Part shown: piece after piece, positions 1-9,121 of the stretch
How positions within the stretch are numbered: position 1 is the stretch's first letter
How the letters are laid out: each line of letters starts with the position of its first letter
Assembly (NCBI GenBank): GCA_036386835.1
Contig: DASVUX010000003.1
Coordinates: 8,552-72,551 of the forward strand
DNA: 64,000 nucleotides
Direction: 5' to 3'
Origin: Bacteroidia bacterium
GTDB taxonomy: Bacteria; Bacteroidota; Bacteroidia; 2-12-FULL-35-15
Notes under the pieces: generated by a model
The model's database searches: none
What the model was told of the DNA's origin: nothing
The model's input: only the letters and a program-made list of their open reading frames with translations
Made by a program: the position numbers and the translations under genes

Positions 1-552
1 ATTAACTCTGTTGAAGGTAAAAAATATGTTAAAGCTTTAATGGAAATGAACGGGACCAAGAATTTCTATCCGGATGCAAACAGCACACTGCGTTTAACTT
101 ACGGAAGTGTGAAAGCATACCAGCCGAAAGATGGTGTAGAGTATAATTACTATACAACATTAAGTGGTGTGATGGAAAAGGAAAACCCGGCACTGTTCGA
201 GTTCCAGGTGCCTTCGAAATTAAAGGAGCTTTACAAAGCAAAAGATTACGGACAGTATGCTGATAAGAACGGAGATATTAATGTTGCATTTATCAGCAAT
301 AACGATATCACGGGCGGTAATTCAGGAAGTCCTGTTATCAACGGCAGCGGAGAATTGGTGGGACTTGCATTTGACGGGAACTGGGAAGCTATGAGCGGTG
401 ATATTTATTTCGATCAGAAGTACAAACGCACCATCAGTGTTGATATCCGTTATGTATTATTCCTTATTGACAAATTCGGTGGAGCAACTAACCTGATCAA
501 TGAGATGAATATTGTGAGAGGCAACAATGATGTTCTCAAAGGGACCCAATAA
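1..552 (+). CDS. S46 family dipeptidyl-peptidase (DPP7/DPP11-like), C-terminal part; gene starts upstream of the window
   Basis: Frame 1 is open from base 1 ([16 protein letters not shown]...). The motif [25 protein letters not shown] surrounds the S46 catalytic serine. Stop at 552 followed by a terminator hairpin. Confidence 0.6.
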   Translation: MNSVEGKKYVKALMEMNGTKNFYPDANSTLRLTYGSVKAYQPKDGVEYNYYTTLSGVMEKENPALFEFQVPSKLKELYKAKDYGQYADKNGDINVAFISNNDITGGNSGSPVINGSGELVGLAFDGNWEAMSGDIYFDQKYKRTISVDIRYVLFLIDKFGGATNLINEMNIVRGNNDVLKGTQ

Positions 553-571
553 ATAAACCCTGATAAAGAAT

Positions 572-607
572 AAAAAATCCCCGCTGAATCAGCGGGGATT
601 TTTTTAT
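572..607. terminator. Bidirectional rho-independent terminator between convergent genes
   Basis: A-run, then hairpin atccccgctg-aat-cagcggggat, then a T-run. Confidence 0.6.
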
Positions 608-637
608 TCTTTCGATCTGTTCCATTCCAACAGCAAA

Positions 638-2242
638 TTATCTGCTGATAACCATTTTTTGATGGATCACTTTATTATCACGGAAAAGGGAAACTGTATA
701 AATACCAGATACAAGGTCACTCACATCGACCTCCTGCATTTCCGACCGTTCTACCTGTTTCACTAAGCGGCCTTCAATTGTGTAAACTTGTAATTGCCAT
801 TCCCCATTTGCAGAAACAATAAATGAATTTGATGCAGGATTCGGTTGACAAAATAATGGTTGTTGAGAATTAGCTTCATTAATTCCTGCTGCTATACAAC
901 TCTCATACATAGCAATAAAGTTTGAACCATAATTTAGCATTGCAGTTCCTGCGCCCGGATCGAAATCGGCAGTATCTCCTACCGTCCCTGTCACAAGGAA
1001 ATTGCCCTGACTTGTAAATACCATCGAACTCGGATAATCTGGTTGCGTGCTGCCTATGGTAGAAAGACATTCCACTGTTCCTGAGGGGCTTAATGTCAAT
1101 AATACCACATCACTCCAGCCTGGTTGGGTGCTGTTTACCGTTATTGTTCCCGCCCCGGGATCAAAATCCGTAGGACCGGAAAAATATCCTGCTGCTGTTA
1201 AGGAACCGTTGTTAAATTGCAAACTGTTTAAAGTATTATATCCTGTTCCTTCAAATTGCCATGCATCAAGCGTAGTACCCGACTGGTCGAAATGAATAAT
1301 AAATGCATCTCTCATATTTGTAGCGTTCAGCGTTTCATTACTGGCGCTTCCCCAGGAAATAGTAGATTCGAAATTACCTGACACATATATATCACCCGCA
1401 GGACCATGTGTAACATCCCCGGCAGACATATACCCCCCGTTGAACGTTTTGGACCAGAGCAGGTTTCCTGACGCATCCAGTTTATTAAGAGAAATGAAAT
1501 TCATATCGTCTCCTAACTGAAGGATAGTTCCATCTGATTCAACATCGATTGCCTGACCTGTATGGGCAATGGCGGTAACCCAAACAAAATCTCCTGATGA
1601 TGTAAGCTTGAGGAGATATCCATCGTCATTAATATTTACAACAGGTGCACCCGGATCATAATCTGTTAATGGATCTCCATAACCCGTTAACAACAAGCCG
1701 CCATCATGGGCGAACTCCATTGCGAGCACACTTTGAGAATCATCTGCCCCGATATGTTTAACCCAGACAAAATCACCTGCAGACGTGAGCCTGCAAATAA
1801 AAATATCGGAAGGACTAGTAGCGGTTAAATAGGCCGTTCCTGAACCCGGATCAAAGTCTACAGTATTGTTGAATGTTCCTCCCACATACACATCACCGGC
1901 AGGAGAAACTGCCAAGGCATTAGCATACATATAGATTGTACCGGTGAATTGCTTTGCCCAGACAAAATCACCATTAGCTGTAAGCTTTGAAATGAAAATA
2001 TTTCCACCGCCTGATCCGGTTGGAGTGTTCAGATTAAAGATGCCCGGACCCGGATCAAAGTCAACCTGCCCGGAGAATTCCCCGGTTGTATAAACATTTC
2101 CGGACGCATCAACAGCTATTTTCTTACTTGTAATTCCTGAAGAAGCCGTGGCAGGAACCATTTGTTCAGCCCAATTAAGGGTATGCTGTGCGGCTACCTG
2201 ACCTGCACTAAAAATAGAGAGAAAAAGTATCAGTTTTTTCAT
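638..2242 (-). CDS. Secreted SBBP beta-propeller repeat protein with T9SS C-terminal sorting domain
   Basis: Signal peptide MKKLILFLSIFSAGQVAAQ at the internal ATG (2242). Repeated SGDFVW / DFDPGxG motifs. C-terminal ~80 aa match the T9SS type-A CTD (YTIEGRLV...GIYTVSLF). Confidence 0.6.
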   Translation of the reverse strand: MKKLILFLSIFSAGQVAAQHTLNWAEQMVPATASSGITSKKIAVDASGNVYTTGEFSGQVDFDPGPGIFNLNTPTGSGGGNIFISKLTANGDFVWAKQFTGTIYMYANALAVSPAGDVYVGGTFNNTVDFDPGSGTAYLTATSPSDIFICRLTSAGDFVWVKHIGADDSQSVLAMEFAHDGGLLLTGYGDPLTDYDPGAPVVNINDDGYLLKLTSSGDFVWVTAIAHTGQAIDVESDGTILQLGDDMNFISLNKLDASGNLLWSKTFNGGYMSAGDVTHGPAGDIYVSGNFESTISWGSASNETLNATNMRDAFIIHFDQSGTTLDAWQFEGTGYNTLNSLQFNNGSLTAAGYFSGPTDFDPGAGTITVNSTQPGWSDVVLLTLSPSGTVECLSTIGSTQPDYPSSMVFTSQGNFLVTGTVGDTADFDPGAGTAMLNYGSNFIAMYESCIAAGINEANSQQPLFCQPNPASNSFIVSANGEWQLQVYTIEGRLVKQVERSEMQEVDVSDLVSGIYTVSLFRDNKVIHQKMVISR

Positions 2243-2304
2243 AGGACGTTTTTTTTCAAGATTTGAGAAAAAAACATGCCGCAGAATATCATAACTAGTC
2301 AAAT

Positions 2305-2345
2305 AAAAAGACCCTGCTCCATCTGAGCAGGGTCTTTATTTGTAA
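2305..2345 (-). terminator. Rho-independent terminator downstream of ettA
   Basis: agaccctgctc ... gagcagggtct hairpin followed by T-rich tract on the minus strand. Confidence 0.5.
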
Positions 2346-2366
2346 TATTTTTATTTGTGTCTCTGA

Positions 2367-2392
2367 TGTCATTCCGACCGTAGTGGAGGAAT
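2367..2392. repeat. Solitary REP-like hairpin element (tgtcattccgaccgtagtggaggaat), same family as the 17.8-18.6 kb array
   Basis: Shares the tgtcattYcgaNcgNagYNgagRaa core with elements at 17788-18645 and 47397-47481. Confidence 0.4.
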
Positions 2393-2480
2393 CTTCAATC
2401 GGTGAAATGTATTTCTTTTTGAAGCTCCATTCGCATACACAGTAATAACATATTGCAAACATCTTTGCTTCATCCCCGTA

Positions 2481-4166
2481 TTACACAGTCAGTTTCTTAT
2501 ATCTCACGCGCTTCGGCTCAACATTTCCTAATCGTTTCTTCCTGTTCTCTTCGTATTCGGAATATCCGCCTTCGAAATAGTACACGCTTGAATCCCCTTC
2601 GAATGCAAGGATATGCGTACACACGCGATCAAGGAACCACCTGTCGTGGCTGATGATCACAGCGCAGCCCGCAAAATTCTCAAGACCTTCTTCCAGTGCA
2701 CGCAATGTATTAACATCAAGATCATTTGTAGGCTCATCGAGCAGCAATACATTTCCTTCTTCTTTTAATGCCATTGCGAGGTGCAAACGGTTCCGCTCGC
2801 CACCTGATAAGATCCCGCACTTTTTACCCTGGTCGGAACCGGCAAAGTTAAAGCGTGATATATATGCCCTCGAGTTCATTGATTTTCCTCCAAGCATTAC
2901 ATTCTCTGCTCCTCCGCTTAATACATCATAAATAGATTTTTCAGGATCAATGCCCGAGTGAGACTGATCAACATAAGCGATCTTCACCGTTGGCCCCACT
3001 TTAAACTCTCCTGAGCTTGGCTTTTCCTGGCCCATGATCATGCGGAACAATGTGGTTTTACCTGCACCATTTGGCCCGATGATCCCTACAATGCCAGCAG
3101 GCGGCAGTTTGAAATTAAGGTTCTCGTATAACAGTCGGTCCCCGTACGCTTTAGAAACATTTACGGCTTCTATAACTTCATTTCCTAAACGCGGTCCGTT
3201 AGGAATATATAATTCCAGCTTGTCCTCAACTGCCCTTGCATCCTCACCAAGCATCTTCTCATAATTCTGTAAACGCGCTTTAGATTTTGCCTGGCGGCCT
3301 TTGGCTCCCTGGCGTACCCAGTCCAGCTCGCGTAATAATGTTTTCTGGCGCTTGCTTTCTGTTTTTTCTTCCTGCGCAAGACGCTTTTGCTTTTGGTCCA
3401 GCCACTCGGAGTAATTCCCTTTCCAAGGAATCCCTTCGCCCCTGTCGAGCTCAAGGATCCAGCCTGCCACATTATCAAGGAAATAACGATCATGGGTTAC
3501 CGCAATAACAGTTCCTTTGTAATGCTGCAAGTGCTGCTCCAGCCAGTCCACCGATTCTGCATCAAGGTGGTTGGTAGGCTCATCGAGCAATAGTATCTCA
3601 GGTTCCTGGATAAGCAAGCGGCACAATGCTACGCGCCTGCGTTCCCCACCGGAAAGATTAAGAATAGGTGTATCACTTTCAGGACAGCGCAGCGCTTCCA
3701 TGGCTTGTTCAAGGCGGTTATCAAGGTTCCAGAGATCCAGCGTATCGATCTGCTCCTGCAAATAAGCCTGGCGGTTGATGAGCTTATCCATCTTGTCCGG
3801 ATCATTCAGGTATTCCTCTTCCCCGAATTTATTATTTACATCATCATATTCCTTAAGGATATTCACATGTTCGGCAGCACCTTCCCGTACCACTTCAAGC
3901 ACCGTCTTGTTATTATCAAGCTGCGGCTCCTGTTCAAGGTACCCAACGCGATAGCCCGGTGAAAAATGGATCTCGCCCTGGTAATTTTTTTCAAGCCCCG
4001 CGATGATCTTCATCAGCGTAGATTTCCCGGAACCGTTCAAACCAAGGATCCCGATCTTCGCACCGTAATAAAAGGATAAATAAATGTCCTTTAAAATTGT
4101 TTTTCCTGTTGGCAACGTGCGGCTCACGTTAACCATCGAAAAGATTATTTGCCTGCCTTCTGACAT
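2481..4166 (-). CDS. ettA: Energy-dependent translational throttle protein EttA (ABC-F ATPase)
   Basis: 561 aa, two ABC cassettes (GLNGSGKST, LSGGERRRV; GPNGAGKTT, LSGGERNR), N-terminus MSEGRQIIFSMVNVSRTLP typical of EttA/YjjK. Confidence 0.9.
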   Translation of the reverse strand: MSEGRQIIFSMVNVSRTLPTGKTILKDIYLSFYYGAKIGILGLNGSGKSTLMKIIAGLEKNYQGEIHFSPGYRVGYLEQEPQLDNNKTVLEVVREGAAEHVNILKEYDDVNNKFGEEEYLNDPDKMDKLINRQAYLQEQIDTLDLWNLDNRLEQAMEALRCPESDTPILNLSGGERRRVALCRLLIQEPEILLLDEPTNHLDAESVDWLEQHLQHYKGTVIAVTHDRYFLDNVAGWILELDRGEGIPWKGNYSEWLDQKQKRLAQEEKTESKRQKTLLRELDWVRQGAKGRQAKSKARLQNYEKMLGEDARAVEDKLELYIPNGPRLGNEVIEAVNVSKAYGDRLLYENLNFKLPPAGIVGIIGPNGAGKTTLFRMIMGQEKPSSGEFKVGPTVKIAYVDQSHSGIDPEKSIYDVLSGGAENVMLGGKSMNSRAYISRFNFAGSDQGKKCGILSGGERNRLHLAMALKEEGNVLLLDEPTNDLDVNTLRALEEGLENFAGCAVIISHDRWFLDRVCTHILAFEGDSSVYYFEGGYSEYEENRKKRLGNVEPKRVRYKKLTV

Positions 4167-4320
4167 TTTAATTAGAGAATTAGTGAATTGGAGACTGGAG
4201 AATTATCCTGAAGCAGGAAAACAGGAGCACAAATTTAACTCTCAATTTTCCAACTCTTCAATTCTCCTTTTTACAAGGTGCAAATATCGTAAATTCCTGC
4301 GAGAAAAAAGGGAATAAATA

Positions 4321-4950
4321 TCAATTTAAAGGAAGGTAAAGGGGATGTTTTTCGTTATACCTACGGAGATAAATAAAGATTGAATCGGCTTTCTGGCGCT
4401 TTTTCAGCTTCATGAATTCTGTGTGCAGCTCCGGATCATCCTCCAGGATAATTTCCATATTCCGGACATTAAAATCCAACGCTTTGTTGGTGCGGGTATC
4501 CAGCACAAACTGCCTGAGCTCATCGTTAGTATTTATGCCATAGGTGTTCATTGGATCCTGGTAACCAACCGGTGTCATTACTACGGCCGCAAAAAGGCTT
4601 AAAAGCCCGATCTGGTTAATCCTGTTAAAGTCATTATTAAAATTGATGAACAAGGACCTGTTCTGGCAATATCCCCAAACTGTCATCGTTTCAACCCGCT
4701 GCTCCACTCCTTCCGAATTCCTGAAGGTGATATATTTCTGGTTGGTGATCTGCTTCATAAAATCCACCTGTGATTTGGGATAGCTGGATATAATAGCAGA
4801 CTTCAGTACAGGATCATTTCTTTTAAAATGCTCAAGTGATAAAAAAACACCCTCTTTAAAATCGTAATCACGGGAATATGCAACCGAATCAGGCCCGGCA
4901 ACAGCGGCAAATGGCAGCAAAAACAAAAATGAAAGCAGCAGTTTCATCAT
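4321..4950 (-). CDS. Secreted hypothetical protein, last gene of the dlt-like operon
   Basis: Signal peptide MMKLLLSFLFLLPFAAVAG; 8-bp gap to the upstream gene. Confidence 0.45.
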   Translation of the reverse strand: MMKLLLSFLFLLPFAAVAGPDSVAYSRDYDFKEGVFLSLEHFKRNDPVLKSAIISSYPKSQVDFMKQITNQKYITFRNSEGVEQRVETMTVWGYCQNRSLFINFNNDFNRINQIGLLSLFAAVVMTPVGYQDPMNTYGINTNDELRQFVLDTRTNKALDFNVRNMEIILEDDPELHTEFMKLKKRQKADSIFIYLRRYNEKHPLYLPLN

Positions 4951-4958
4951 TACCCGTT

Positions 4959-5906
4959 TTATTCTTTATTGAGCTTATTGATATACTTCGCCAGTGAATC
5001 GGTAAATATACGTGAACCTTCAATGTTAAGGTTCAGCGCGGATATATAATATTTCCTTGAAAAGGCTATTTCCATTTCCTCAAACCTCACATATTTAATG
5101 CCGTAATTTTCCGCTACCTGGTCGATCCTTTTTATTATTGTTTTCCTGTTTGGCTGAAAGGCAACAGCTTCTTTTAACACAGGTGATTCATAAAGTATCA
5201 CTCTTATCTTTCTACTGAGTGCCAGCTCGATCGTTTTTCGCAGATACTTTTCTCTTTTAAGATCCCACTCAAAATAATAGCCAAGAGGGTATAGCCGGAC
5301 AAATTCATCGTGATGGTTGTCCCAGACCACTTTCTGGGGAGGCTCATAACCATCAGCATAAAAAGGCTGTTTCCGGTCCTGTACATAATGTTTCAACCCC
5401 TGAAGGGCATCAAAATTAATCCTGCTGCTGTAATATGCATATTTCATAAAGGGAATATTTACGAATTTGAAATACCCCGGGTCCATTTCCTTTACCACAG
5501 AATCTACTACAGGATCGCCAATATACGGAGCGAAGCGGTAGGTATTGAATGTATTGTAGTTCCGGTCCATTGACTCAGGCGTAACATATAAAAACAGTAT
5601 TTCCGGTGCTTTGTTATTCTGAAGATAAAAATACAAGTGCAGGTAATTATCCGCAAAATCAGAATGGCTCAGGGCAAGATTGTAGGAATGTTTACTGATC
5701 TTTTTATCTATCGCTTTTGGGGAGATCATCCATAAAGGTTCGCAGGGCCCGTGAAAAAGCAGGTCGGCATTTATTTCCGCCAGCTGAACGTAGGCCGCTT
5801 TGTTATTCGCATTATGACGCAGAGCGAAATCATAAGCTTTACCTAACCCGGTGAGGACAAGCAAAACAATGATTAAAGAAATTAATATTTTTTTTATGTC
5901 ATTCAA
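4959..5906 (-). CDS. Membrane-anchored DltD/AlgJ-like accessory protein (inferred from context)
   Basis: Single N-terminal TM helix. It lies 2 bp downstream of the MBOAT gene, the position DltD/AlgJ occupies in O-acyltransferase operons. No strong motif recognised. Confidence 0.4.
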   Translation of the reverse strand: MNDIKKILISLIIVLLVLTGLGKAYDFALRHNANNKAAYVQLAEINADLLFHGPCEPLWMISPKAIDKKISKHSYNLALSHSDFADNYLHLYFYLQNNKAPEILFLYVTPESMDRNYNTFNTYRFAPYIGDPVVDSVVKEMDPGYFKFVNIPFMKYAYYSSRINFDALQGLKHYVQDRKQPFYADGYEPPQKVVWDNHHDEFVRLYPLGYYFEWDLKREKYLRKTIELALSRKIRVILYESPVLKEAVAFQPNRKTIIKRIDQVAENYGIKYVRFEEMEIAFSRKYYISALNLNIEGSRIFTDSLAKYINKLNKE

Positions 5907-5908
5907 AA

Positions 5909-7324
5909 TCAGAACTGCATATAAATAAACTGCTCACCACTGTTAAAAACACCGAAAATAAATATCAGCAGAAGCAGTATGGAAATGTAACCTATGCTTG
6001 CCATGCTGCTTAAAGCCCTGTTTGTTATACTTCTTTCAAAGATCAAAAAAACAAGCATGAGGAGGATGCTGATATAAAAATTAAATTCGTCAGCCTGGTG
6101 GCCTCCGATGGCTAATGGTGCAAGGAATTCTGCAAGCCAGTCGTTCGGCAGGAGATTACTGCCCGCATTCCTGATCAGTTCAAAAGCCCTTCCGGTGGAC
6201 TCCGACCGGAAAAAGATATTGCTGAAACATACCGCGTTAAAAACGATAAAGATCATTAATATCTTAAACACTTGGGATCCGGGCTTATGAAAGTGCTTTT
6301 CACGGAACGGCCTGGTTAAAAGCTCGATTCCAAGATAGAATATATGACAAGCCGCCCACAAAAGGAATGTTAAGCCGATGCCGTGCCAGATGCCTGAAAT
6401 AAAAAAGGTAATCGCAATCCCGCCAAATGCGGCAGCTTTTTTATACCTGCGCAGCGTATACACGAAAGGATAATAAATATAATTAGTGAACCAGCTGATC
6501 AATGAGATATGCCATCTCCTCCAGAATTCAGAAATGGATATAGACCGGAGGGGAAAATTAAAATTCTCCTTCAGGTTATACCCGAGCATCCGACCGGCTC
6601 CGAGCGCTATATCAGAATAACCTGAAAAATCGAAATACAACTGGAGCGTAAATAAATAGATTGCCGCAATAGTGGTTAGACCGTGATATGTATCTCCGAA
6701 ATCAAAAACGGAATGAACAGCCGGTGCGATCCTGTCGGCTATTACCATTTTTTTGAATAACCCCTGGAGGACCCTATTGAATCCTGAAACCAGCATTTCC
6801 CTGCTGATCTCATTCCTGTCAATCTGCGGAATGAACTCATTGGGCAGCATCACAGGTCCGCTGGCGATCCTTGGAAAGAATGAATTGTACAACAAAAAAT
6901 TTTTAACTGAATTTTCAGGCTTCAGCCGCTTGAAATAGATCTCTGTGAGATAAGAGATATTCTGAAGGGAATAGAATGATAAACCAAGCGCAATAATAAA
7001 ACTATTGATGTTAAAATGAACCTGTGAGTACGAAAAACCAATGCCCTGTTTAACCGCAAAGAAATAATTGAACATCATGATCGCGTAAGAATTTATCGCG
7101 ATCCCCGCAATATATAATAAGCGGTTTCCTGCTACTTTCCTGGCGATATAGAAATTGAAGCATGAAATAACAAGAAGTGCGGTAAGCGATTCTATGTTAT
7201 AATATGAAATGAATAATAAGCTGCACGAAAGAAGGAATACTGAACGGAATTTTAGGGGGAGCAAATAATTGATCAGCACGGTAAGCCCAAGAAAGCCAAT
7301 AAAAATAACAGAATTGAAATTCAT
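5909..7324 (-). CDS. MBOAT family membrane O-acyltransferase (DltB/AlgI-like)
   Basis: Polytopic membrane protein with the MBOAT histidine box FWRRWHISLISWF. Confidence 0.8.
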   Translation of the reverse strand: MNFNSVIFIGFLGLTVLINYLLPLKFRSVFLLSCSLLFISYYNIESLTALLVISCFNFYIARKVAGNRLLYIAGIAINSYAIMMFNYFFAVKQGIGFSYSQVHFNINSFIIALGLSFYSLQNISYLTEIYFKRLKPENSVKNFLLYNSFFPRIASGPVMLPNEFIPQIDRNEISREMLVSGFNRVLQGLFKKMVIADRIAPAVHSVFDFGDTYHGLTTIAAIYLFTLQLYFDFSGYSDIALGAGRMLGYNLKENFNFPLRSISISEFWRRWHISLISWFTNYIYYPFVYTLRRYKKAAAFGGIAITFFISGIWHGIGLTFLLWAACHIFYLGIELLTRPFREKHFHKPGSQVFKILMIFIVFNAVCFSNIFFRSESTGRAFELIRNAGSNLLPNDWLAEFLAPLAIGGHQADEFNFYISILLMLVFLIFERSITNRALSSMASIGYISILLLLIFIFGVFNSGEQFIYMQF

Positions 7325-7341
7325 TTGCTTTTATGGTTGAA

Positions 7342-7578
7342 CTATTTCCTGAGTTTATTCTCCAAAGCTGACAGCAGATCTTCCACGGAATTGAATCCCA
7401 TGACCTCATCAAAAGAAAATTGAATATGATATTCCTCTTCTATCGATGATATAAGCTCCAGGTGTGTAAGGGAATCCCAGCCCCGTATATCTTTCGCTGT
7501 TGTAGCACCGGATATTATGAGATCATCCCTCTGAAAAACTTTTCGGAATACCTGTTGTAACTGATCCTGTCTATCCAT
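7342..7578 (-). CDS. Acyl/D-alanyl carrier protein (DltC-like)
   Basis: 78 aa, phosphopantetheine attachment motif GWDSLTHLELI. Confidence 0.7.
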   Translation of the reverse strand: MDRQDQLQQVFRKVFQRDDLIISGATTAKDIRGWDSLTHLELISSIEEEYHIQFSFDEVMGFNSVEDLLSALENKLRK

Positions 7579-9070
7579 GAGTGTTCTCTTTCAAATATAA
7601 GGATTTTAAGGCTTTAAGATCTGTTTTGCCGTTTGTATTCAAAGGAAAACTTGCAACATGAAAGAAATGCCTTGGTACCATATATGCCGGCAGTGTTGCT
7701 GCGAGAGCCTCCTTCAGCCTGTTAAGATCAATTACTTCTGCTTCAATGAATGCCGCGAGCCGGTTGTTTCCATCTCCTGGCACAGTAAGAACCTTGGTGT
7801 TAAAGCCGCATAATTTCCTGAGCACATGTTCGATCTCCCCAAGCTCCACCCTGTAACCGTCTATCTTTACCTGGCTGTCGGCCCTTCCATAAAAAACGAG
7901 GTTGCCTGATCCATTCAAACCCGCCAGGTCTCCTGTTTTGTAAAAGCGTTTCCCGTCATGGTCAAAAAACCTATCATTGTGTTCATCCCTGGTATAGCTG
8001 CGGATCAGCTGGTCACCGGAAAAACACAGTTCGCCCTTTGTCACCTTTTCATTGCTCTCATTTATGATCATGAACTCCATCCCCTCAAATGGTTTTCCCA
8101 AAGGGACAATACCATTCACGCTTTCCTTTTCCGATATAGATTCATCAAAAATATAAGAGGTGCATACGATGGTGGTTTCGGCAGGTCCGTAACAATTATG
8201 GATCTTTGCAGTGCCAATGCATTGCTGCCATTTAGCGGCCAGCGCGTGCTGCAGGGCATCACCTGAAAAAAAACTGTAACGGAGGCTTTCTGCTTTTATC
8301 TCCGGGAGATATTTTTCAAGGTATTTTAAAACACCGGGAACCATGCTTACCACCGTGATCTCGAACCTGCGGATGTGCTCTATCATTTTCACGGGCTTTA
8401 TTCCTTCGTCCGGGAGGATATAACAGCATGCCCCCACCAGGAGCGGCATAAAAAAAGAGAAGACGGAAACATCGAATGTCAGCTCATATGTTTGAAGAAA
8501 GCGGTCGGAAGAATTAAAATCATAGTTCCTGAGAAAGTGGCTGAAGAATGCATTGAGGTTACTGTTGCTTACAGGAACACCCTTCGGTTCACCCGTTGAT
8601 CCGGAAGTAAATAAAATATAACAAAGGTCCTGCTGGTCAGATGACCTGTTATCTTGCATCCCCTGCCCCGTATGATCTTCTCCTGCCGTGTTTATTACTT
8701 TTAATTCTGAAGCAAGCTCCGAGGCGGACCCCATGCCCGGGCCCAGGATAAGCTCACTTTTACTTTCCTGCAGGATGAGGCGGTTCCTTTCCCTGGGATA
8801 TTTCCTGTTCAATGGAACATAAGCCGCACCATACAGGTTTATGGCAAGTATCGAAGCATACGTATAGATATCATCATTGCAAAAGACTGCAATCCGTTGA
8901 TAGGATTTATCGACTGGGATCATGCCCCTGATCTTTTCAACCAGCAGCATTAACTCAGCATAAGTATAATATTGCCCTCCGACATGAATGGCCGGATTCA
9001 AAGCATAGCCCGGTGCAAGCCTTTTTATCCTCAGGGCAAGGGGTTCATTCTGATGCAAAGGCCTCGACAT
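7571..9070 (-). CDS. AMP-binding adenylation enzyme (DltA-like carrier-protein ligase)
   Basis: AMP-binding motifs LFTSGSTGEPKGV, YGPAETT, YKTGD; 499 aa like DltA; overlaps the carrier protein gene by 8 bp. Confidence 0.8.
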   Translation of the reverse strand: MSRPLHQNEPLALRIKRLAPGYALNPAIHVGGQYYTYAELMLLVEKIRGMIPVDKSYQRIAVFCNDDIYTYASILAINLYGAAYVPLNRKYPRERNRLILQESKSELILGPGMGSASELASELKVINTAGEDHTGQGMQDNRSSDQQDLCYILFTSGSTGEPKGVPVSNSNLNAFFSHFLRNYDFNSSDRFLQTYELTFDVSVFSFFMPLLVGACCYILPDEGIKPVKMIEHIRRFEITVVSMVPGVLKYLEKYLPEIKAESLRYSFFSGDALQHALAAKWQQCIGTAKIHNCYGPAETTIVCTSYIFDESISEKESVNGIVPLGKPFEGMEFMIINESNEKVTKGELCFSGDQLIRSYTRDEHNDRFFDHDGKRFYKTGDLAGLNGSGNLVFYGRADSQVKIDGYRVELGEIEHVLRKLCGFNTKVLTVPGDGNNRLAAFIEAEVIDLNRLKEALAATLPAYMVPRHFFHVASFPLNTNGKTDLKALKSLYLKENTHG

Positions 9071-9121
9071 ATTTTAAATTATGCTTTATAATTCGTAAAT
9101 TTCGTAAATATATTCTTACTG

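Noticed and set aside
2653-3962. Several plus-strand ORFs (64-102 aa) antisense to ettA
   Set aside because: ettA is unambiguous on the minus strand; these are shadow ORFs without start signals.
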